DNA of 64,000 nucleotides, taken from Candidatus Kapaibacterium sp. GTDB lineage: Bacteria; Bacteroidota; Ignavibacteria; Kapaibacteriales; UBA2268. The notes below the pieces were generated by a model. It did not search any database. It was not told the origin of the DNA and saw only the letters and a program-made list of their open reading frames with translations. The stretch is taken from NCBI GenBank assembly GCA_963664875.1, contig OY761611.1:1600001-1664000 (forward strand), in the 5' to 3' direction. A program made the translations under genes and the position numbers. Numbering within the stretch: position 1 is the stretch's first letter; every line of letters begins with the position of its first letter. Below are positions 20,499 through 30,541 of the stretch, piece after piece.

Positions 20499-22622
20499 TT
20501 AGCCTATATTCAACTGCGCCTGGATTTCTATTTCGGTGTCAGCAGGGAGCTCTGTATAGCTTATTACACTCACCATAGGGAATGGAGTGCGTACCATTCG
20601 ATACAAATATGGTCTTACCTGAGCAGAGCAAATCACCACAGGAAGATACCCTGCCATAGTAATCTCATCTATCGAATCAGACATAGCTTTCTGGATATCC
20701 TGTACATAATTTGGAGGAAGTCCCAATGTAATCGAAGTGCTTGCCTGATTGTCTGACTGCAGAGCTCTTGTCATTTGGTCTTCTATCTGCGGACTAACTG
20801 CAATGGCATGAATCACTCCATTTTGGTCCTGATAGAGTTTCTTGATTGTTTCAGACAGATTGTGACGGACATATTCTGTCAGCACATCTACGTTCTGAGT
20901 AACTTTCACATACTCTAAGAGTGATTCAATAATAATTGGTAAATCTCTTACAGGAATGTTTTCCATCAATAAGTTTTGGAGGACTTTCTGAAGGATAGAT
21001 ATAGGAAGTCTATCCGGTGTAGCTTCTTCTATAAGAGCCGGGTAGTCTGATTTCAAGTTATCAACGAGATGTTTCGTATCCTGTCTTGTAAGCAATTTAT
21101 GAGAATTTCTTCGTAATAGTTCTGTCAAGTGCGTAGTTAGTACAGTAGCAGCTTCGACAACTGTATATCCATATACTTCTGCATCTTCTCTGTCTGCATG
21201 TCCTATCCATGTAGCCGGCAAGCCAAATACCGGTTCGGTAACCTGAATGCCTTTCAAATCACCATCCGCAGTACCCGGATTCATAGCTAAAAGCATTTGA
21301 GGATGCAAAATGTTTCTGGCAATCTCATTTCCTCTGATTTTGATTACATATTCCTGAGGATCGAGTTGCAGATTGTCTCTAACTCTCACAGGAGGCAAGA
21401 TTATACCAAGCTCAGTAGCAAGCTGTCTTCTGACATTAGTAATACGTTTAAACACATCTCCCCCTTGGCTTTCATCAACCAGAGAGATTAGACTGTAGCC
21501 AAGTTCTATCTCGACCGGATCAACTCTAAGAAGCTCTTCCACAGGGGACTCTTCCGGCTTTTTAGATTTTTCTGCAGTGGCTACTTCCAAAGCAAGCTGA
21601 GTTTCTTCTTCTTTTTGTATTTGCTTTGTTCTGTAATAAGCAGCGTAACCTATAATAGCTGCAAGCAACCAGAAAGGAATACTTGGGAAACCGGGTAGAA
21701 ATGAAACTACCATCAGAGCAAAAGAGGCTAATGCCATTGGTTTTGGCTTTCCGGCAAACTGTCTGCCCATCTCCACGTCTATGTTGTCAGAAGATGCAGA
21801 ACGTGTAACAACCAAGCCGGCTGCAATAGAAATCAATAAAGAAGGAATCTGCGAAACTAAACCATCACCAATTGTAAGTATAGTATATGTTGCAGCAGCA
21901 TCTGCCAGCTCCATATCGAGTTGCATAATACCAATAATAAAACCACCAATAATGTTTATCGCGGCTATGATAAGACCAGCTATGGCATCACCTTTGATAA
22001 ATTTGGCAGCACCATCCATCGAACCAAAAAAGTCTGACTCAGCAGTCAGCTCTGAGCGACGTTTTCGGGCAGTTTGTTCATCTATAAATCCGGCATTCAA
22101 ATCAGCATCTATACTCATCTGTTTGCCCGGCAATGCATCTAATGTAAATCGGGCAGTTACTTCTGCAATACGGGTGGAACCTTTGATAACTACAACAAAG
22201 TTGATAATTAACAGGATAAGAAATATAATTACACCAACTACATAGTTGCCCTTGATAACAAACTCTCCAAAGGCATGAATAATATCTCCGGCGTTTGCCT
22301 CGCCAAGAATCAAACGGGTAGAGGCAACATTCAAGCCGAGCCTGAATATAGTAGATATTAGCAATACAGTTGGAAAAGATGAAAATTCTAATGGAGATTT
22401 GAGATAAACCGCGACAAGCAATATAAGCACAGAGAAGGCTATATTAACTGCCAGAAAAAGATCCAGCATCATTGCAGGCAGCGGAATAATGAGCAATGAC
22501 AAAATAAGAAGTACACCCATAGCCACTGCCAAATCTGGGTTTTTGGTCAAATATGGCAATATATTCTTTAAATCCGGCAAAATACCGGGCTGGAATGCAC
22601 TTGCTTGTTTATTTTTAGCCAT
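20499..22622 (-). CDS. flhA: Flagellar export apparatus protein FlhA
   Basis: 'RLGLNVASTRLIL', 'RIAEVTARFTLDALPGKQMSIDADL', 'FFGSMDGAAKFIKGDAIAG', 'IGDGLVSQIP', 'EPVFGLPATWI' (flagellar type). Confidence 0.95.
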   Translation of the reverse strand: MAKNKQASAFQPGILPDLKNILPYLTKNPDLAVAMGVLLILSLLIIPLPAMMLDLFLAVNIAFSVLILLVAVYLKSPLEFSSFPTVLLISTIFRLGLNVASTRLILGEANAGDIIHAFGEFVIKGNYVVGVIIFLILLIINFVVVIKGSTRIAEVTARFTLDALPGKQMSIDADLNAGFIDEQTARKRRSELTAESDFFGSMDGAAKFIKGDAIAGLIIAAINIIGGFIIGIMQLDMELADAAATYTILTIGDGLVSQIPSLLISIAAGLVVTRSASSDNIDVEMGRQFAGKPKPMALASFALMVVSFLPGFPSIPFWLLAAIIGYAAYYRTKQIQKEEETQLALEVATAEKSKKPEESPVEELLRVDPVEIELGYSLISLVDESQGGDVFKRITNVRRQLATELGIILPPVRVRDNLQLDPQEYVIKIRGNEIARNILHPQMLLAMNPGTADGDLKGIQVTEPVFGLPATWIGHADREDAEVYGYTVVEAATVLTTHLTELLRRNSHKLLTRQDTKHLVDNLKSDYPALIEEATPDRLPISILQKVLQNLLMENIPVRDLPIIIESLLEYVKVTQNVDVLTEYVRHNLSETIKKLYQDQNGVIHAIAVSPQIEDQMTRALQSDNQASTSITLGLPPNYVQDIQKAMSDSIDEITMAGYLPVVICSAQVRPYLYRMVRTPFPMVSVISYTELPADTEIEIQAQLNIG

Positions 22623-22676
22623 TTTATATATTATATAAGGTATTTTTCAAGTAAATATCGAGTTTTCAGATACATT

Positions 22677-22692
22677 TGCAATTATTTTGCCA
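22677..22692 (-). promoter_or_regulatory. Sigma-54 (-24/-12) promoter of flhA
   Basis: Minus strand TGGCAAAATAATTGCA matches GG-N10-GC, ~55 nt upstream of the flhA ATG. Confidence 0.75.
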
Positions 22693-22873
22693 ATTATCCT
22701 ATTTTGCTCGACATATAGGAAAATACTTCCCAAGCTACCAGCAAAAACACCTTATATTATATAACAAATTCTTACGAAGTTAATCCCTATTTATCCCTAC
22801 CTCCTGCCCTTCTGATCTCTTACTTTTATACTGAAAGTAATAAGACAGGAGTAGTATAGGATTCCGGTAGCTT

Positions 22874-23974
22874 CTATCTGCTCATTCCTCGAGCATCTAT
22901 TTTTATTTCACTAACTGACTCTTCTTCAAGCAGCAAATATCTGTCAAACAAATTGACTACAGCACAAGCATGATTAGGTATAATCAGTAGCTTTTCGCCA
23001 ACATTAAACTCTTCTTCAGGATTGTCTATGATACCGTGTTCCTCTGATACTCGAGAAATAACAGAATCTCTATCTAGTATTTTTCCATATCCTTCAAGCA
23101 TATTAGTTCCGTGAGCTCCTTTATCTAAACCAAGAGCTTTTGAACCTGCATCAATCACAACTCGGTCTTTATGAACACCAATAACAGTAGCAACAACATA
23201 AAGAGCTACTTCATCTTCTGTGCATGAGCCCAAAGCAATCTGCATATTATCATTAAAAATATAGTTGCCCGGTCGAAGTTCTGTCAGATGTTCAGTTTTC
23301 TTGATATGCTTCAGTTCGGGAGTAGAACCAATACCAGCAGATGGGCATTTGAATCCTTCTTCTTTGAGAGATTTGACAAAATGGCTCATCAACCGGATAG
23401 ATTCTTTGCTTATTTCAGAAATTTCTTCGGGAGACTGTGCGGAATAAACACTACCTGCATGAGTATAAATTCCGGCAAAATTGAGGTTGTCTTTTTCGAG
23501 TATAGCATTTGCAAGAAGCAAAAGCTGATCTTTTGTAGAAACACCGTTTCTATTAAGTCCGTAGTTTACTTCAATCTGGACATTAAAATAAATATCGTTT
23601 GCACGAGCTACATTGTCAGCTTCTTCAATATGTTCCAAACAGTCCACTCCAAAAGTCAAGTGATCCACCATATTGTGGATTTCTACAAGTCTATTGTATT
23701 TATGCTCTCCGGTTAGCACGTTGACTATCTGAATATCTTTAATACCTGCATCAGCAAGGCACAAAGCCTCTTCAGTTTTGGCACAAGCCATGCCGATAGC
23801 CCCCTTACTGAGTTGTAGCTTAGCTAATTCGATAGATTTATGAGTCTTAAAGTGAGGTCTGAGATTGAGTATCTTATTAGTTGCCAATTTTTGTACAAAA
23901 TCTAAATTTTCATGCATTTTTACCGAATCTATAAGAAGAGCCGGCGTATCGATAGTTTGTAGAGAAAAATTCAT
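22874..23974 (-). CDS. PLP-dependent D-threonine aldolase / D-serine dehydratase-like (alanine racemase fold) enzyme
   Basis: 'DTPALLID', 'RPHFKTHK', 'GSTP', 'ELRPGNYIF', 'DAGSKAL', 'SEEHG', 'PNHAC'. Confidence 0.88.
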   Translation of the reverse strand: MNFSLQTIDTPALLIDSVKMHENLDFVQKLATNKILNLRPHFKTHKSIELAKLQLSKGAIGMACAKTEEALCLADAGIKDIQIVNVLTGEHKYNRLVEIHNMVDHLTFGVDCLEHIEEADNVARANDIYFNVQIEVNYGLNRNGVSTKDQLLLLANAILEKDNLNFAGIYTHAGSVYSAQSPEEISEISKESIRLMSHFVKSLKEEGFKCPSAGIGSTPELKHIKKTEHLTELRPGNYIFNDNMQIALGSCTEDEVALYVVATVIGVHKDRVVIDAGSKALGLDKGAHGTNMLEGYGKILDRDSVISRVSEEHGIIDNPEEEFNVGEKLLIIPNHACAVVNLFDRYLLLEEESVSEIKIDARGMSR

Positions 23975-24051
23975 ACTAAAATCTCCATTTTGGCTTCAAA
24001 ATTGCTTGCTTTGTATCTTAGCGATACGAGTTATTTAATACGGGTACACCA

Positions 24052-24660
24052 ATGAAAGCAATATATATATTTTCCGTCATTTTGATGTTTGGCTTTTTTG
24101 CCTCATGCTCCCCTGTGCGATCAAGGTACTATCACGACAATAATTCGAGAAATAACGAGCAAACACAAGATAAAGAATTAGAAGCAAACGAAGAAGAAAT
24201 CATTTCGGAAAATGATTTCATAGATGCACGTTTCGCTGACACAGCAGTTGTAATAATGCCGATAGCTCAAAACGGCACGACAAATCGTGCATTAGGAGAT
24301 ATATTTAGTGAAGCTGTCAGAGATTTTGACGGGGAAAATTATAAATCAGCCTGCAGCAAGTTCGAAGCATTTTCCGGTACTCTACGCAAAAATGATTCGC
24401 TATATTTTGAAACTATGTTCTACAAAAGTGAATGTAATATCCTGAACAACGAATTTGATTCAGCTCTTTCCATATTGTCCACTCTTTTGGAAGATAAAAA
24501 TTTACCATCTCAGATTTACGAAAAAACACTTGTCAGACTCGGACAGGTTTACTGCGTTACTGACTCCAAAGCAAAAGCAGAGGAAATGTTCGGAAGACTC
24601 AAAAAGGAATTCCCAAATTCAATTTATCTTAAATTAGCTGACTGTAGCGTTGTAGAATAG
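24052..24660 (+). CDS. TPR-containing lipoprotein
   Basis: Lipobox 'FASC', TPR-like helices, C-terminal 'FPNSIY'. Confidence 0.7.
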   Translation: MKAIYIFSVILMFGFFASCSPVRSRYYHDNNSRNNEQTQDKELEANEEEIISENDFIDARFADTAVVIMPIAQNGTTNRALGDIFSEAVRDFDGENYKSACSKFEAFSGTLRKNDSLYFETMFYKSECNILNNEFDSALSILSTLLEDKNLPSQIYEKTLVRLGQVYCVTDSKAKAEEMFGRLKKEFPNSIYLKLADCSVVE

Positions 24661-24770
24661 ATAAACTCCATCAAGTATATATATTTGCCCTAAATCTATC
24701 GTAAAGGAAGCTACCTATAATTTATTATTAGGTATTTTTTGCTATGGATAAAAACTTTCTCTTGGAAATT

Positions 24771-24814
24771 TTAACACCGTTAATTATATTGCTACTGTTA
24801 GTATTTTTAACAGT
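24771..24814. promoter_or_regulatory. Putative TetR operator palindromes
   Basis: ttaacaccgttaa (24771-24783) and actgtta-N7-taacagt (24794-24814) directly upstream of the TetR start. Confidence 0.45.
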
Positions 24815-24830
24815 TGAAAAGAGTTTAAAG

Positions 24831-25373
24831 ATGGTTAATCAACTCAAGCAGGAAAATATACGAGGTATATTTATCCAGGCAGCAAAGAACACTCTAAAGA
24901 GTGAAGGCATTAAGGCGCTTAGTGCAAGAGAAATTGGCAAAGCAACGGGCTTCTCTTATGCTACAATTTATAATTATTTTAAGGATATGAACGAGCTATG
25001 CGAAGTTTGTATGTTAGAGTTTTTAGAAGAATGTAAAGAGCATGTACTCTCTTCTGCAAAATCAAAGAGCATAAAAGATATGCTAAAGGCTTATGCAATG
25101 TTTTTTGTACAGTATCCGGGCTTATACGCTCTGATTTTTACAGATGGGAATTATGTTGGTCGATTTTACAAGCAGTTCTCAGAAAAAACTGAAGATATGT
25201 ACAAAGCAGTTTTTGATGCAAGCGAAGTAGAAACAGACAATCAGAAAGTGCCGGTACTTGCATTTAATGCAATTAACGGTTTGCTTCTCGCATATATAAA
25301 TCGTAATACTCCAAGTGACTTTGCAGAATTTATGCAGATGTTAGACGCCCAGATAGAATTATTATCTATTTAA
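24831..25373 (+). CDS. TetR/AcrR family transcriptional regulator
   Basis: HTH 'ALSAREIGKATGFSYATIYNYF'; start placed at MVNQ. Confidence 0.88.
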   Translation: MVNQLKQENIRGIFIQAAKNTLKSEGIKALSAREIGKATGFSYATIYNYFKDMNELCEVCMLEFLEECKEHVLSSAKSKSIKDMLKAYAMFFVQYPGLYALIFTDGNYVGRFYKQFSEKTEDMYKAVFDASEVETDNQKVPVLAFNAINGLLLAYINRNTPSDFAEFMQMLDAQIELLSI

Positions 25374-25425
25374 AATTGTTTATGGCAGGCGGTTTTATTA
25401 TTTTATTTTTTTTGAAATCGACAAA

Positions 25426-26745
25426 ATGAGAATGAAAAAAGTACTTATAGTGGCTTATTACTTCCCTCCTTCCGGTGGCCCGGGAGTGCAGAGAGTGCTT
25501 AAGCACATAAAATATCTTCCCGAATTTGGTTGGCAGCCTGTGGTGCTGACTGTTTCAAATGGTCAGTACCCTGCCATAGATGAGTCTTTACTCGTGCAGG
25601 TGCCCGAATCTACTATCATATATAAGAGTAGAATACTTGAGCCTTATGACTTATATCGTAAGTTCACGGGCAAAAAGAAAGGAACAGCAATCGATGTAAA
25701 TACTATCAAAAAAGAGGGACAGAAAGTTTCTTTTACCGAAAAAATTGCAGAGCTTATTAGAGCTACTTTTTTCATACCGGATGCAAGAGTGGGTTGGCTT
25801 TTTACTGCAAAAGATGCAGTTGCTCAAATCCTCAAAGAGCACAAAATAGACGCTGTTTATTCAAGCTCGCCTCCTTACACTTGCTCTCTGATTGCTAATC
25901 ATGTGAAAAAGATTACAAATATGCCATGGGTGGCAGGTTTTCGTGATCCTTGGACAGGATTTATATCATCTCCGAACAGATGGTTTTTGCCAAAGATGAT
26001 AGATAAGAAGATGGAATTCAACACATTTAACAATGCAGATGCGGTTGAATGTGCATGGCAGGGAATCATCAAAGACGCAATGGGAAAATATCCGAGATTG
26101 GACGAATCTAAATTTTTCCATGTGCCAAACGGATTTGACTCATCTGACTTTCCTCAGGTGGAGGAAGTGCAAAATGATAAGTTTACCGTTACATATACGG
26201 GCTCGATGTATGGCAGACGCAACCCGGCAAGTTTCTTTGAAGCAATCGAAAAGCTCATTAGTCAAAACCTCATAGATCCTCAAAAGCTGCATCTTCGATT
26301 TGTTGGCAGGTTTGGCGGAGAAGTAGAAGAAATGTTTGAAAAAGCATCGTTCTCTTCTCAGATTGAAAAAGTCAGCTATGTGCCTCATCACGAAAGTATC
26401 AAATACCTTATGCAGTCCGACGCACTACTGCTTGTAGTCGATGAATCCAAAGAGAGTGAGGAAATAGTGCCGGGCAAAGTCTATGAATATGTAGGCTGCA
26501 AACGTCCGATAATAGCCATTGCACCACCAAAAAGTGCAATAGCTAATTTGATGCACGAAACAAACTCGGGCAGGATAGCTCACCAAAGCGAAATCGACAA
26601 AACTTGTGATATAATATTGGAATATTACAGGAATTGGCAGTCAGGCGGAAAAAATTATGCACCCAATACAGATATTATACGTAAATACGAAAGACGCGAA
26701 GCCGCTAAAACTTTAGCAGAGCTTTTAAATAATTTTACTAAATAG
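25426..26745 (+). CDS. Glycosyltransferase family 4 protein
   Basis: 'YYFPPSGGPGVQR', 'FRDPW', 'PNGFD', 'PGKVYEY'. Confidence 0.9.
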   Translation: MRMKKVLIVAYYFPPSGGPGVQRVLKHIKYLPEFGWQPVVLTVSNGQYPAIDESLLVQVPESTIIYKSRILEPYDLYRKFTGKKKGTAIDVNTIKKEGQKVSFTEKIAELIRATFFIPDARVGWLFTAKDAVAQILKEHKIDAVYSSSPPYTCSLIANHVKKITNMPWVAGFRDPWTGFISSPNRWFLPKMIDKKMEFNTFNNADAVECAWQGIIKDAMGKYPRLDESKFFHVPNGFDSSDFPQVEEVQNDKFTVTYTGSMYGRRNPASFFEAIEKLISQNLIDPQKLHLRFVGRFGGEVEEMFEKASFSSQIEKVSYVPHHESIKYLMQSDALLLVVDESKESEEIVPGKVYEYVGCKRPIIAIAPPKSAIANLMHETNSGRIAHQSEIDKTCDIILEYYRNWQSGGKNYAPNTDIIRKYERREAAKTLAELLNNFTK

Positions 26746-26756
26746 ATCGGTGTTAC

Positions 26757-28811
26757 ATGAGAGATTTCATCAAAACTCTTAAAACTGTTGCCATTGCTAC
26801 GGCGATAGCTTCATCTTCTCTTTTTGCCGAGGAAGGAATGTGGACTTTTGACAATCCGCCTCTTCAGAAACTGAAAGACAAATATAACTTTATGCCTGAC
26901 AAAAACTGGTTAGAGCATATAAGACTTTCATCAGTGCGAATAAATGACGGTGGCTCGGGCTCATTTGTCAGCCCTTATGGTTTGATTATGACTAACCACC
27001 ACGTTGCACTTTCTCAGATACAAAAGCTTTCAACTCAGGATTTTGACATTGTAAAAAATGGCTTTTATGCTCCTAATCAGGGAGATGAGCTAAAATGTAA
27101 AGATCTTGAAATCAATGTGCTTATGGAAATGCACAACGTTACTGACAGAGTAAATGCTGTTATTAACGAAGACATGGATTTGGAAGAAATTGAAGCAAAA
27201 AAAGGCGAAATTTTTGAGGATATCAGAAATGAATTTGCTGACAAGACAGGTCTCAGAGCGGACAAAGTAAACCTATACTACGGTGGTGAATACTGGATAT
27301 ATTTGTACAAAAAATATACAGATATTAGATTAGTATTTGCTCCTGAGTACAAAGCCGGTTTCTTTGGTGATGCTTATGACAACTTTACTTATCCGCGTTA
27401 TAACTTGGATTGCACTTTTCTTCGTGCTTATGAAGACGGCAAACCTGTAAATTCTACAAACTTTCTCAAATGGAATACTCAGGGAGTAAAAGCTGACGAA
27501 CTTGTTTTCATGGCAGGCAATCCCGGAACTACTAAAAGACTATATACAAATGATCAGCTACTCGACGAAAGAGATAACGTCATCCCAATGCTTTTAGAAA
27601 CATTTGAATATACTTTAGAGCAGCTTCATGCTTATGCTGACAAATCAGAAGAAAATGCAAGAAGAGCTCAAATCAATATAATGTATCTCGAAAACAGCTA
27701 TAAGGCTTATAAAGGAATTTATGACGGATTAAATAACAAGCGTCTTATCAAACAGCATTTGGACAATGAAAATGATTTGCGGAACAAAATAAAAGCTAAC
27801 GACGAGTTAGATGATTTATACGGCGATGCTTGGGAAGAAATCAGTGATTTGATGGAAGAAAAAAAGGATTTCTATACAGCTTACTTCTACCATAGTCTTG
27901 GAAGAACTTCTCTTTTGAGATATGCAGGTGAATTGCAGGCTTGGGCAAAAGAAACCGACAAAACTATTGACAAAAATAGTGAAAGAATTGAAAACTTAGA
28001 ACGTTCAATGTTAGCTCCTATTCCTTTCTACAAAGATTTGGAAGAAGTAATGTTGCGTTCTCAGTTAGTGCTTGCAGCTAGAAACCTCGACAAAAGTGAC
28101 CCGTTTTTGAAAGCGGTGCTAAAAGGCAGAACTCCTGAACAGGCTGCCAAAGAAATAATCGCAGGTACTAAAATTGGCGACGTCGAATATCGTCGCGAGC
28201 TTCTCAAAGGTAATTCGTCTTCGGTAGAAAATTCTGATGATGCGTTCCTTGAAGTTTATAATGCTATCAAGGAAATCTCAGCTAAAGAAGGTCATTGGTT
28301 CAACGAAAATATTTACCGCCCATTATCAAAATACAGCGAACAAATAGCAAAAGCACGATTCGCAGTATATGGCAGAAATGTTTACCCTGATGCAAACTTT
28401 ACTCCACGTATAACATACGGCACTGTAAAAGGTTATGCCATGAACGGCACTCTTGCACCTCCTTTTACAACCTTGCACGGACTTTACAATAGAGCTCTTG
28501 GTTTCAACGACGAAGGTGATTTCAAGCTGCCTGAAAGATATTGGGAAAGAAAAGACAAAGTTGATTTAACTACACCATGTAATTTTGTAAGCACTTGCGA
28601 CATTATCGGAGGCAACTCAGGTTCTCCTACTTTCAATAAACGTGGCGAGATAGTCGGCCTTGTGTTTGATGGCAATATGGAATCTTTGCCGGGCAATTTT
28701 GTCTATGATTACGAAGCAAACCGAGCTTTGTCAGTTGATGCAAGATATATGATAGAAGCTTTTAGAAAACTCTATGATGCAAATAATCTTGCAGATGAGC
28801 TGACTAAATAG
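26757..28811 (+). CDS. S46 family dipeptidyl peptidase
   Basis: 'EEGMW', 'GSGSFVS..GLIMTNHHV', 'YPDANFT.RITYG', catalytic 'DIIGGNSGSP'. Confidence 0.95.
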   Translation: MRDFIKTLKTVAIATAIASSSLFAEEGMWTFDNPPLQKLKDKYNFMPDKNWLEHIRLSSVRINDGGSGSFVSPYGLIMTNHHVALSQIQKLSTQDFDIVKNGFYAPNQGDELKCKDLEINVLMEMHNVTDRVNAVINEDMDLEEIEAKKGEIFEDIRNEFADKTGLRADKVNLYYGGEYWIYLYKKYTDIRLVFAPEYKAGFFGDAYDNFTYPRYNLDCTFLRAYEDGKPVNSTNFLKWNTQGVKADELVFMAGNPGTTKRLYTNDQLLDERDNVIPMLLETFEYTLEQLHAYADKSEENARRAQINIMYLENSYKAYKGIYDGLNNKRLIKQHLDNENDLRNKIKANDELDDLYGDAWEEISDLMEEKKDFYTAYFYHSLGRTSLLRYAGELQAWAKETDKTIDKNSERIENLERSMLAPIPFYKDLEEVMLRSQLVLAARNLDKSDPFLKAVLKGRTPEQAAKEIIAGTKIGDVEYRRELLKGNSSSVENSDDAFLEVYNAIKEISAKEGHWFNENIYRPLSKYSEQIAKARFAVYGRNVYPDANFTPRITYGTVKGYAMNGTLAPPFTTLHGLYNRALGFNDEGDFKLPERYWERKDKVDLTTPCNFVSTCDIIGGNSGSPTFNKRGEIVGLVFDGNMESLPGNFVYDYEANRALSVDARYMIEAFRKLYDANNLADELTK

Positions 28812-28851
28812 ATAAAAATATAAAACATTTCCAGATCAAAATGCTTTAGAT

Positions 28852-28892
28852 AAAAAAGCTGCTAATATTGAGAAATAATAGCAGCTTTTTTT
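28852..28892. terminator. Bidirectional intrinsic terminator
   Basis: aaaaaagctgcta ... tagcagcttttttt between convergent genes. Confidence 0.8.
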
Positions 28893-28956
28893 GCTTATAA
28901 ACAAAGAAACAATGTTTCTAATATGGTTGATTTCGAAAATACAAATAAAAGCACTC

Positions 28957-30411
28957 CTAAGGAAGATTGTCAGTAACTACGTCTTCATCAGTATTATAGA
29001 CATTCCCGTTTTTGCAGTCAGTAAAGCTATTCCCGGTATGGCTAAGTTCTGTGTAATTGCTTAGCATAATACCAAAGTTTGCACTGTGCCTGAAGGAACA
29101 GTTTTCTAATGACAGCTTAGCATATTCAATTTTCAAATCAGCATAATCATTCATACCGCCATGCTCAATTGTACAATAAGAAAGTGCATTGTCATGAGTT
29201 GAAACTATCTCCAGCCCTTTCCAATAACCTGCTTGCTGGTTTTTACCATACAAACGAATAGGTTTTTGTGCGTTACCGTTTGCTTTGATTATGCCATCTT
29301 CGTTTACATAAAAATAAGTACCCGAATCAAAAGCAATATTTACACCTGCTTCTATAGTTAAAGTAGCATTGCCGAGCCAAATAGATCCTGCAGCCAAATA
29401 TGGAATATTTATCTCATGAATAGTAAGATTGCTCTCAATACTTTCGTTGTTTACAGTAATCAGATTGACTACATTATTACTAAAATCAGAGCTCATATCA
29501 AATTTTGCAACTTGACTGAAGCGGTAACATGTAATCGGTTTCGCACAAGTGTTGATTACATTATTTTCGAAAGCAAGGAATTTGGCATTATCAAACAAGT
29601 AAATACCATTGCTCAAAGAACCGGAAATTCGAGAGTTCTTGAGTGATAACTGTGCTTCGTAGTCTAAAATCAATGCCCCTTCGCCATTATTTATACCTGC
29701 GTTTTCTATGACTACATAATTCCAAACATTATCTGATCGGTTCGATCTTATTCTGATACCTCTCCAAGCACCGGGATTTTGATTATTCACTGGCCCAGTA
29801 AAAATCACAGGATTTTCAGATGTTCCTGTAATTTTGATTCCGGCATTTTCTTCTACAACTATTTCACCATCTACCCCGGTAAAAGCAATTTTTACTCCGG
29901 CTTCGATTGTCAAAAGTGCATTACCTGCGATACTTAGATAGCCATCAACAATATAATCAATTCCATCCCCACGATTTTTTAGAACTCGGTTTTCATTCAT
30001 TTCCCCACTTAGAGTCAGCGGTCCTTCGTTGCTTAAAGAAATTGTAGCTGTAAATTGAGCTTTGGAGCCATCTTCAGCAGTAATAGTATAAATTACAGGA
30101 TTTGAAAAATCTTGTGCGACACCTGATGCAGGGCTGATAGCTGCCTTTTCAGAAATTGTTATAATAGGAATAAGAGAAGTCAGATCTGTCAGAGCGGGAA
30201 CAGTTGCGGTAATAGTCATCGTATTGTTGTCAATGATGCCGGAAACTGCAGGAGTCAAATTACTAATCATAAACGATGTAATTTTCTTCTCGCTGCTTTT
30301 TGTTGTAGGTACAGCCGGATTGTCATCATCACTGCTGCAGGAATTAGCAGACAGCAATAAAACCGGTAAAATAATAGCTATCCACAGTATGTTGTAATAA
30401 TTTCTTCTCAT
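28957..30411 (-). CDS. Lipoprotein with Ig-like (DUF5018-like) domain and right-handed beta-helix repeats
   Basis: Lipobox 'NSC-SSDDD', 'QDFSNPVIYTITAEDG', repeated 'LTIEAGV.IAF...G....P..F.G....G.W.G'. Confidence 0.72.
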   Translation of the reverse strand: MRRNYYNILWIAIILPVLLLSANSCSSDDDNPAVPTTKSSEKKITSFMISNLTPAVSGIIDNNTMTITATVPALTDLTSLIPIITISEKAAISPASGVAQDFSNPVIYTITAEDGSKAQFTATISLSNEGPLTLSGEMNENRVLKNRGDGIDYIVDGYLSIAGNALLTIEAGVKIAFTGVDGEIVVEENAGIKITGTSENPVIFTGPVNNQNPGAWRGIRIRSNRSDNVWNYVVIENAGINNGEGALILDYEAQLSLKNSRISGSLSNGIYLFDNAKFLAFENNVINTCAKPITCYRFSQVAKFDMSSDFSNNVVNLITVNNESIESNLTIHEINIPYLAAGSIWLGNATLTIEAGVNIAFDSGTYFYVNEDGIIKANGNAQKPIRLYGKNQQAGYWKGLEIVSTHDNALSYCTIEHGGMNDYADLKIEYAKLSLENCSFRHSANFGIMLSNYTELSHTGNSFTDCKNGNVYNTDEDVVTDNLP

Positions 30412-30541
30412 CGCATGCTCTCCGAAATATTGGAATACAATAACTTGATTTTTGCATTTAGCTTAATGAGAAGCAATATATTGTTTCGAGTTTAGAAAAT
30501 ATTGTAAAAAAACCGCAATATTGCAAAACAACAATCTTTTC

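Noticed and set aside
24744-24830. Hydrophobic N-terminal extension making TetR look membrane-anchored
   Set aside because: The region looks like AT-rich promoter/operator DNA; ATG 24831 gives a normal TetR length.
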